Shown piece by piece: positions 56,945-64,000 of a DNA stretch of 64,000 bases. The translations under genes and the position numbers were made by a program. The notes under the pieces are model-generated. The model worked only from the letters and a program-made list of their open reading frames with translations, was not told the origin of the DNA and searched no databases. Each line of letters begins with the position of its first letter. Within the stretch, counting starts at the first letter, position 1. The DNA is from an uncultured Candidatus Saccharibacteria bacterium. GTDB taxonomy: Bacteria > Patescibacteriota > Minisyncoccia > Phycocordibacterales > UBA5272. The stretch covers positions 5,398 to 69,397 of the forward strand of contig CAYWEW010000005.1 of NCBI GenBank assembly GCA_964457775.1, read 5' to 3'.

Positions 56945-57481
56945 ATGCTTACAAAACAGTCAAAGATTTTAAAATCAGGTTCGAAGAAAAATATCGAAAT
57001 TATTACCAAAAAAATTACGAAGAAAAACGTAAAAATGGAAACGCATGCAAAACCATTACCAGACCATCATTTTAAAGTGGTGAAAGTAAAGCGCGGTGTT
57101 GCTGGACTCGGTCTTTTCGCAGGAGAGAATATCAAGAAAGGGGAATTGATTATAGAATATATTGGGAATATTTTAAATAAAGAAGAAGCAGACAAAAAAA
57201 CAACCAGCCAATATCTTTTCGAAGTGACTCGTAATAAAACAATTGACGGAACACCTAGATGGAATGTTGCACGTTATTGTAATCATGCTTGTGAGGAAGC
57301 GGCAAATTCCGAAAGTGAGATTAAGAAAGGGCGTGTGTTCATTAAAGCTATTAAGAATATAAAAGAAGGGGAAGAAATTTGTTATGACTACGGAGAAGAA
57401 TTCGTGAAGGAGCATATTGGTCATCATGGATGCAGATGTGCCGCAAAAAATCATAGTTACGGAGCATTATCTAGTAAGTAG
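56945..57481 (+). CDS. SET-domain protein (lysine methyltransferase-like)
   Basis: GxG region VKRGVAGLGLFAGENIKKGELIIEYIG, conserved Tyr (QYLFEV), NH.C motif (RYCNHACEEAAN), EL..DY motif (EEICYDYG), and a post-SET Cys cluster (HHGCRCA). Confidence 0.8.
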   Translation: MLTKQSKILKSGSKKNIEIITKKITKKNVKMETHAKPLPDHHFKVVKVKRGVAGLGLFAGENIKKGELIIEYIGNILNKEEADKKTTSQYLFEVTRNKTIDGTPRWNVARYCNHACEEAANSESEIKKGRVFIKAIKNIKEGEEICYDYGEEFVKEHIGHHGCRCAAKNHSYGALSSK

Positions 57482-57749
57482 TTAATAAAGATAAATTATA
57501 AATAAATATGATATAAAAAATAGCCATGAAGTGGCTATTTTTTGTTCTTCACTGAAGTCTAAATTTAAAAAAGTATTAATTTATATAGTATAACCAGAAG
57601 CAATAAATTTTACTTAATTTTATGCATTAATGCAAACTCTTCGCATTTGCATTTTACATGAAAAATTAAATTTTTAAATAAAAAAAGTTATCCACATAAT
57701 TAACATTGAAATCTATTGTATGTAGGTGTAGAGATGTAATACTTAATAT

Positions 57750-57800
57750 ATCGAGAGTAATGATTACGGTCGTGATCATAATAATTACTAATACTCTCTG
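57750..57800 (+). promoter_or_regulatory. Imperfect 45-nt palindrome upstream of the KAKK micro-gene promoter
   Basis: cgagagtaatgattacggtcgtgatcataataattactaatactctctg; extended -10 TTGTATAAT at 57803-57811. Confidence 0.4.
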
Positions 57801-57823
57801 ATTTGTATAATAAAAATATTTTT

Positions 57824-57931
57824 ATGGCAGCAAAAAAGAAAGCAGTAAAGAAAGTAGCAAAGAAGGCAACAAAGAAAGTTGCAAAGAAGGCTGCAAAGAA
57901 GACTGCAAAGAAGTCAGCAAAGCGCGCATAG
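57824..57931 (+). CDS. 35-aa Lys/Ala-repeat histone H1-like basic peptide
   Basis: MAAKKKAVKKVAKKATKKVAKKAAKKTAKKSAKRA. Own extended -10 about 13 nt upstream (near-leaderless) and own terminator hairpin (57955-57985) plus T-tract. Not in the ORF track (under 60 aa). Confidence 0.55.
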   Translation: MAAKKKAVKKVAKKATKKVAKKAAKKTAKKSAKRA

Positions 57932-57984
57932 TCGCATTTGTTTCTTCGGAAAAACGTCTCACTCCCATGAGGCGTTTTTCTTTT

Positions 57985-58135
57985 TCTGACCAGAAACTAC
58001 TTCATCTACTTCGTTAGAGAATATTTTTTCTCCATGCGACGTCGAATTAGCAGATTCGGGTCTTGGACCAAAATAGATCTCTTAGTCGAAAAAATATTCT
58101 CTACCTCGTATCTAAAGCAGTTTCTGGCCAGTAAA
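57985..58135. repeat. Nested inverted-repeat element
   Basis: Outer IR ctgaccagaaactacttc / aagcagtttctggccag, inner IR agagaatattttttc / gaaaaaatattctct. Core gaattagcagattcgggtc is related to gaatcagcagattc(g/a) at 34066 and 51682. gaaactacttcatctacttcgtt is related to the 50095-50180 module. Confidence 0.5.
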
Positions 58136-58206
58136 TCATATAGAGTATTTTATGATTACAAAAAACAAAAGAGAGTTACCTAAGGCAACTCTCTTTTCAG
58201 ATGAAT

Positions 58207-58539
58207 TTAAGCCGCAAAAAATTTTGGATGTTCTGCGATTAGTCGAATGATTTGTTTTCGAAGTTTTAAATCGAAAGGAAATGGAAGTCGATAAACTTCA
58301 ACACTAGGATAGAGATCACCGGTGTCTTCGCCGTCTCCTTGTATTTCAACTGTTTCAACTTCAATGTATGCAACGAGCTCCCACTCTTTTGCTTCATTTT
58401 GTTCTGCTGCTACATAGAGTCGTTTTATAACAAAATCATTTTCATCTCCGTGTGATGTATCACCACTTGATTCTTCATAACTTCTGTATTCTGAAAGAAC
58501 AAGGCCGTCAATATAGCGGGTCCCTATATAATTATTCAT
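58207..58539 (-). CDS. Hypothetical acidic protein
   Basis: ORF only. Confidence 0.4.
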   Translation of the reverse strand: MNNYIGTRYIDGLVLSEYRSYEESSGDTSHGDENDFVIKRLYVAAEQNEAKEWELVAYIEVETVEIQGDGEDTGDLYPSVEVYRLPFPFDLKLRKQIIRLIAEHPKFFAA

Positions 58540-58671
58540 AACACCAATCTCCTTAAAAGTAGTCTATTTTTGATACTACAGTAATTTTATTTTTTTAGCA
58601 AAAAACCCGTGTTTATGGTAGAATTTGTATTCACAACTAGTAACTATTAACCAGTAACTAACAACTATCCC

Positions 58672-61227
58672 ATGTCATTAATTTCTAAAGGAATAAGCAT
58701 GATTTTCCCGGATGAGTCGATAAAGACCATCAAGAAGCTAGAACCTCTTGTAGAGGGCGTTTTTTCGCACGAGGAGGCCTTAAAAACCCTTTCTGACCAC
58801 GAATTGAAGTATAAAAGTCTAATTCTTAAGGAAAAGGTAATGAAGGAAATTGAGGGGTTAAAAGGTGATGAACTAAAAGCTAAAGAAAAAGAAGTTTTGG
58901 AAAATGTTCTACCTGAGGCCTTTGCGTTTGTTCGTGAAGCATCTCGTCGCACACTTAAGATAATGCATTATCGTGTACAGGTTATCGGAGGAATACTTCT
59001 TCATCGTGGTCATATAGCAGAAATGCGTACTGGAGAAGGAAAGACTCTTGTGGCAACACTTCCAGCATACCTAAATGCACTCACTGGACGCGGTGTACAT
59101 ATTGTAACAGTGAACGATTATCTTTCTCGTCGTGACGCTGTTTGGATGGGGCAAGTGTATGACGCACTCGGTCTTACTATTTCAGTCATAAACAATCAGT
59201 CGTCTTTTATGTACGATAGTACACATCTTAGTGAAGAAGAAGAAAAGAAAGATGATACGGAGGCAGCCGAAGTTGGTTCATATAAAGTCGTATATGATTT
59301 TCTTAATCCATGTGGACGTCAAGAAGCTTATAAAGCAGATATAACTTATGGAACGAATAATGAATTCGGTTTTGATTATTTGAGAGATAACATTGGTTAC
59401 AGTAAAGAAACAATTACGCAACATACACATCATTATGCGATTGTGGATGAAATAGACTCAATCTTAATCGATGAAGCACGTACTCCGCTTATTATTTCTG
59501 CACCGGCACAAGAATCAAGTGATATGTATATGAAGTTCGCTCATATTGCAGACTCATTGGTTGAAGGTGATGATTATAATGTAGATGAGAAACAACGCGC
59601 GATAGCACTCACAGAAGTTGGTATTACAAAAGCTGAAACTAGTCTCGGTATTTCTAATATCTATTCTGTTGAAGGAATGAAATACGTGCACCATCTTGAG
59701 ACTGCTGTAAAAGCAAAGGCATTGTTCTTGCGTGAACGTGAATATGTCGTGAAGGATAATCAAGTTATTATTGTGGATGAATTCACTGGACGTATGCAAC
59801 CTGGGCGTCGTTGGTCAGATGGTATACATCAAGCAGTGGAGGCAAAAGAAAACGTAAAGATAGAACAAGAGTCACGTACACTCGCATCTATAACTTTCCA
59901 GAATTACTTCCGTTTTTATGAAAAGTTGGCCGGTATGACAGGAACCGCAGAAACATCGAAAGAAGAATTTTATAAAGTATATGGTCTTGTTGTTACACCA
60001 ATTCCAACTCATAACCCAATTCACAGAACCGACCACGCTGATTTTATTTTTCAGTCAGAAAAAGGCAAGTGGCAGGCACTTTCTAAGAAGATAAAAGAAC
60101 TACATGAGAAAGGACAACCAGTACTTATTGGTACTATTTCTATTGAGAAGAATGAAGAAGTTTCAGAATATCTAAGACGTGCTGGTGTGCCACATACAAT
60201 TCTTAACGCGAAGAATCACGAAAAAGAAGGAGAGATTATTGCTGCTGCTGGAAAGAAAGGAGCCGTAACTATCGCGACTAACATGGCAGGACGTGGAGTG
60301 GATATTAAACTAGGAGGGCCACAAGCAACTGAAAGTGAACGCGAGGACGTGCTTTCACTTGGGGGATTATTTGTGATTGGAACCGAGCGTCATGAGGCCC
60401 GTCGTATCGACAATCAGTTAAGAGGTCGTTCAGGACGACAGGGAGATGTTGGAGAAACGCAATTCTTCGTATCACTTGAAGATGATCTCATGCGAGTATT
60501 CGGTTCAAGTAATATCAAGAATATGATGGGGCGTTTCGGCATTCCAGAAGATGAACCAGTATCAAGTAAAATGGTATCTCGTGCTCTTGAAGGTGCGCAA
60601 GAAAAAATTGAAGGTTTCCATTTTGATACTCGTAAACATACACTTCAATACGATGATGTTCTTAATCATCAGCGTACAAGTATTTATACCAAGCGTCGAA
60701 AGATATTATTTAACGATGAAGAATTTGTAGATGAGGTGATTGCAGAACTTGTTGTAGAAAAACCAGAACTTGAAGAAGTTATAAAGCAAAAAGAAAAACA
60801 ATATACCAAAGAGGCCGTCAGACATATTTTCCGTGTTATGATGTTGCAAATTATCGATACATTATGGATGGAACATTTGGATGCAATGGAACATTTACGT
60901 TCTAGTGTGAATTTGCGTGCATACGGTCAACGTGATCCACTCGTAGAATATAAGAAGGAAGGACTAAGAATGTTTAGAGGTCTCGAGGGCTCATTACGTT
61001 CTGAACTTATTTTGTTTATTGAAAATATGGATGGATTTTTTGCACAACAACAAGCACAACAGATAGAGCAGAATAATTTTGTGCAAGTAATACCAAACGA
61101 AGGAGGTAGTAATCAATTAACAGGTGTTGAAAAGGTGAAAGCTGGTAGAAATGACCCATGTCCATGTGGTAGTGGTAAGAAGGTTAAGAAGTGTGACTGT
61201 GCAGAATATCTTTATTTAAGGCATTAG
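58672..61227 (+). CDS. secA: Preprotein translocase ATPase SecA
   Basis: DEAD-like motor (MRTGEGKTLVATLPAYLNAL), and C-terminal zinc finger CPCGSGKKVKKC. Confidence 0.9.
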   Translation: MSLISKGISMIFPDESIKTIKKLEPLVEGVFSHEEALKTLSDHELKYKSLILKEKVMKEIEGLKGDELKAKEKEVLENVLPEAFAFVREASRRTLKIMHYRVQVIGGILLHRGHIAEMRTGEGKTLVATLPAYLNALTGRGVHIVTVNDYLSRRDAVWMGQVYDALGLTISVINNQSSFMYDSTHLSEEEEKKDDTEAAEVGSYKVVYDFLNPCGRQEAYKADITYGTNNEFGFDYLRDNIGYSKETITQHTHHYAIVDEIDSILIDEARTPLIISAPAQESSDMYMKFAHIADSLVEGDDYNVDEKQRAIALTEVGITKAETSLGISNIYSVEGMKYVHHLETAVKAKALFLREREYVVKDNQVIIVDEFTGRMQPGRRWSDGIHQAVEAKENVKIEQESRTLASITFQNYFRFYEKLAGMTGTAETSKEEFYKVYGLVVTPIPTHNPIHRTDHADFIFQSEKGKWQALSKKIKELHEKGQPVLIGTISIEKNEEVSEYLRRAGVPHTILNAKNHEKEGEIIAAAGKKGAVTIATNMAGRGVDIKLGGPQATESEREDVLSLGGLFVIGTERHEARRIDNQLRGRSGRQGDVGETQFFVSLEDDLMRVFGSSNIKNMMGRFGIPEDEPVSSKMVSRALEGAQEKIEGFHFDTRKHTLQYDDVLNHQRTSIYTKRRKILFNDEEFVDEVIAELVVEKPELEEVIKQKEKQYTKEAVRHIFRVMMLQIIDTLWMEHLDAMEHLRSSVNLRAYGQRDPLVEYKKEGLRMFRGLEGSLRSELILFIENMDGFFAQQQAQQIEQNNFVQVIPNEGGSNQLTGVEKVKAGRNDPCPCGSGKKVKKCDCAEYLYLRH

Positions 61228-61330
61228 ACATATAAATTTAACAGGGTTGATAATACACATAAGAGCGACACCGAAGGTGTCGCTCTTATGTTAAACTATT
61301 AACTATCAAACTTAATCAGAAATTACCAAT

Positions 61331-62614
61331 ATGAAAGATCTCATTAAACCAATAATCATAAGAATCCTAACTTGGGAAGCAAAACTCGTCCTTAAGAAGC
61401 ATAAACCATTTATTATTGGGGTGACGGGGAATCTCGGTAAGACTAGTACTAAGGACGCAATTTATGCAGTGATGAAACAACACTTTTATACTCGCCGTAG
61501 TGAGAAGAGTATGAATAGTGAATTCGGAGTGCCTTTAACTATTCTTGGTGAAAAATCTGGCTGGAGTAATCCATTTAAGTGGATGGTTATTATGGTGCGT
61601 GGTATTTTTGTTATTTGGCAAAAAAGTTATCCTACTCACCTTGTTCTTGAAATAGGAGCTGATAGACCAGGGGACATAAGAGATATTGCTAGTTGGGTAA
61701 ATCCTAACATTACTGTTGTAACACAGTTCGGCCAGGTGCCTGTGCATATAGAATTCTTTCCTGATCGCGACGCAGTTATAACCGAAAAGGGGTATCTAGT
61801 GAAAGCACTTAAGGACACAGGTTTATTTATTTACAACGCAGATGATAATGATGCAAAGAAATTATTAGAAACAACAAATGCTCGTAAAGTAAGTATCGGT
61901 ATTCACGAGAATGCAGACATTAAGGCAGATCACGTTAAGATGTACGGTAATCCATTAGATGGTACTGAAGCAGATGTTGTAATGGGTAATGAAAAATGTC
62001 ACGTAGTCTTACCTGAAGTAGTTGGTAAGTCGCCAGTATATTGTGCGCTACCCGCACTTGCTATTGCTCGCGAGCTAAATATTTCCCTTGAAGTTGCGTG
62101 TGCGTCGCTTCGTGATGCCGATAAACCAAAAGGAAGAATGAGATTATTGAGAGGTATGAATGGTTCTACAATTATTGATGATACTTATAACGCATCGCCG
62201 AAAGCTACAGAACACGGACTAAAAACTTTAAGTGAAATGAGTGTGAAAGGGCGTAAGATTGCAGTGCTTGGAGATATGCTTGAACTCGGGCAACACACCC
62301 ACGATGAGCATTATAAGATAGGAATGGAAGCATCGAAGTCATGTCATAAATTATACACAGTTGGTATTCGTGCGCGCATAATGGCTGAGGGGGCACTTGA
62401 TGGAAAAATGTTAGATGACAATATTATGCAATGTGATACAGCAATTGACGCAGGGAAAGAATTGGTTCAAGTACTTGGTCCGAATGACGTTGTCTATGTG
62501 AAAGGTTCACAAGGAACAAGAATGGAAAGAGCTGTGAAGATGATATTGGCAAGTACTCATGACCCGAAAAAGGTACTCGTTCGCCAAGAATCCGAATGGC
62601 TTAAAAAGTCATAA
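61331..62614 (+). CDS. murF: Mur ligase, most consistent with UDP-MurNAc-pentapeptide synthetase MurF
   Basis: P-loop GVTGNLGKTSTK; IIDDTYNASPKATEHGLKTL (MurF-like DDSYNANP). Confidence 0.65.
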   Translation: MKDLIKPIIIRILTWEAKLVLKKHKPFIIGVTGNLGKTSTKDAIYAVMKQHFYTRRSEKSMNSEFGVPLTILGEKSGWSNPFKWMVIMVRGIFVIWQKSYPTHLVLEIGADRPGDIRDIASWVNPNITVVTQFGQVPVHIEFFPDRDAVITEKGYLVKALKDTGLFIYNADDNDAKKLLETTNARKVSIGIHENADIKADHVKMYGNPLDGTEADVVMGNEKCHVVLPEVVGKSPVYCALPALAIARELNISLEVACASLRDADKPKGRMRLLRGMNGSTIIDDTYNASPKATEHGLKTLSEMSVKGRKIAVLGDMLELGQHTHDEHYKIGMEASKSCHKLYTVGIRARIMAEGALDGKMLDDNIMQCDTAIDAGKELVQVLGPNDVVYVKGSQGTRMERAVKMILASTHDPKKVLVRQESEWLKKS

Positions 62615-62635
62615 ATTTTTTACAATAATATATAT

Positions 62636-63208
62636 ATGGAACCAATATTCACTTTACCTTTTTCAGAATATGAAGCAATAAATGAATTAAAAGGTAAATT
62701 AAAGAGTGGGTGTTCCTTTTATGTTCCAACAAGTCGACAACAGAAAGGAATTGATTTTCTTATTCATAACGATAAGAAAAATAATTTTTTAAGAATTCAA
62801 GTAAAAAGTTCACGTTCATATATTAGTGATTCACGCGAAAGGAAGGACAAGAGAAAAATATATAAATACCATTTCTGGTTTAATAATTTTATTGATAAAT
62901 ATAAACCTGGAAATGCTGATTATTATTTTTTGTTTGGTTTATATCCTGAGTATGAAACTAAAGATAATATTAAATCCAGACGAGAATTTTGGAAAACAAT
63001 GATTATTTGTTTTTCTGAAAAAGAAATGTTTTCTTTACTCAAAAAAATAAGAATGACAAAGAATAATAAGATTGACCGTTTTTTCGATATAAGTTTTGAT
63101 GTTCCAGGTCAAATTTATGGCTCAAGAGGTTTTGATAAAAATATTGACCTGTCAAAATTTTTATTAGATAACAAATTAACCGAACTAAAAAAGAAATTAA
63201 ATGTGTAA
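62636..63208 (+). CDS. Hypothetical protein, possible PD-(D/E)xK nuclease fold
   Basis: GIDFLIHNDKKNNFLRIQVKSS (D ... QVK pattern). Weak. Confidence 0.3.
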   Translation: MEPIFTLPFSEYEAINELKGKLKSGCSFYVPTSRQQKGIDFLIHNDKKNNFLRIQVKSSRSYISDSRERKDKRKIYKYHFWFNNFIDKYKPGNADYYFLFGLYPEYETKDNIKSRREFWKTMIICFSEKEMFSLLKKIRMTKNNKIDRFFDISFDVPGQIYGSRGFDKNIDLSKFLLDNKLTELKKKLNV

Positions 63209-63489
63209 GAGTATTAATATACTCTTTATCTCTGTTTGTGCTGTATCTTCCTAATAACTAACGTCTCTTTTTACTCGTTGTTGCTTTCCTACACTTACTA
63301 CTACAGAACTTAACACTTTCCCAATCCTCACGCTCCCTGAAACTTTTCATAGTGTTCAAGTCTATTTTACAAACGACACATTTTTTATTTGCTTTATCTG
63401 GATTCATAAGTAAGTAAGATTATGTGATTATGATACCACAGTAATTTGTTTTTTATTTTCCTAACGAGTAATGTTCTAACAAATAACTA

Positions 63490-64000
63490 TTATTTTGTAA
63501 TAGGAACAACTTGTTCTAGGTTGCCAAACACTGACTCAATAAACCTTAACACTTTTGTCCATGTTGTTTTTTTCTGTGTAGTTGCTGATGTTGTTGCTAT
63601 GTTAGTTTCCACTTTAGGGAGTATTTCTATAATTTTTTTCTTGTATGTTTTTACAGGTGAATATACATTATTATATGTTGATGTAGAAACTTCTAGAGTA
63701 GGGATTGTTCCTGTTGCTAATTGTAGACTATTTAAGAGTTCACGGGTACGAGGCCCAACAGTTCCAGGGTATGGTGCAAGATTATTTGCACGTTGGAATG
63801 AGATAACCGCATCACGTGTAACTGGTCCAAAGTATCCTGTGATAGTTGGGAATGTAAAGTAACCATAGTATTTTAGAATTTGTTGTAATGCAATTACATC
63901 ATTTCCAGTTGAACCAATAGTTAATGTACGAGTGAATGTGTATTTATCAGGTGATGTAGTTGTAGGTGTTGCGCTTGAAATTGGTATTGAGGTAGAAACT
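63490..64000 (-). CDS. Peptidoglycan-binding (PG_binding_1) domain protein, 5' end outside window
   Basis: Minus-strand frame open to the window edge. C-terminal region has LTIGSTGNDVIALQQILKYYGYFTFPTITGYFGPVTRDAVISFQRANNL (PG_binding_1 signature), stop at 63490-63492. Confidence 0.55.
   Translation of the reverse strand, partial: VSTSIPISSATPTTTSPDKYTFTRTLTIGSTGNDVIALQQILKYYGYFTFPTITGYFGPVTRDAVISFQRANNLAPYPGTVGPRTRELLNSLQLATGTIPTLEVSTSTYNNVYSPVKTYKKKIIEILPKVETNIATTSATTQKKTTWTKVLRFIESVFGNLEQVVPITK

Noticed and set aside
45587-61288. Same stem GAGCGACACC...GGTGTCGCTC at 45590 and 61261
   Set aside because: Probably independent occurrences of a favoured terminator stem (similar gcgaccac stems occur elsewhere). 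Not enough to call a mobile repeat.
63446-63862. Plus-strand 138-aa ORF at the window end
   Set aside because: Low-complexity product. The minus strand in the same region encodes a clean PG_binding_1 domain open to the window edge, so the plus ORF is an antisense artefact.

Overview
This 64 kb window is AT-rich (roughly mid-30s % GC), gene-dense and reads as standard genetic code: TGA is a stop (for example 20991-20993 overlapping the next ATG), so there is no codon reassignment. The gene content and style fit a small-genome Patescibacteria/CPR-like bacterium: short forms of PheS, EF-Ts and ValRS, many extended -10 (TGnTATAAT) promoters sitting right at the start codon (leaderless), and many secreted or membrane hypotheticals. 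Recognisable genes are translation and housekeeping (rplY, rpmE, prfA, rpsB, tsf, pheS, pheT, thrS, valS, gyrB, typA, lepA, secA), cell wall (murC, murD, murF, murJ, a YvcK-like gene, a lytic transglycosylase, an FtsB-like gene) and stress (lemA-htpX pair, Hsp20, glutaredoxin). A glycan cluster is present (epimerase, polyprenyl-phosphate sugar transferase, GT4, membrane GT2). There are four tRNAs (Thr-UGU, Ser-GGA, Arg-CCU on the minus strand, Phe-GAA) and a minus-strand RNase P RNA. Findings that stand out: (1) a SET-domain lysine-methyltransferase-like gene immediately followed by a self-contained 35-aa KAKK-repeat histone-H1-like gene; (2) a NlpC/P60-like papain-fold module inserted inside the B5 domain of PheT; (3) a secreted-protein family with a conserved N-terminal module and hypervariable C-termini, seen as a perfect about 480-bp tandem 5' cassette duplication, a third distant copy and an orphan 5' fragment; (4) tRNA-linked structured repeats, including duplicated 5' and 3' pieces of tRNA-Phe and two degenerate tRNA-Ser-like units; (5) an unassigned small RNA with a near-consensus promoter and terminator next to rnpB. 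No CRISPR array, rRNA, transposase or reverse transcriptase was seen.
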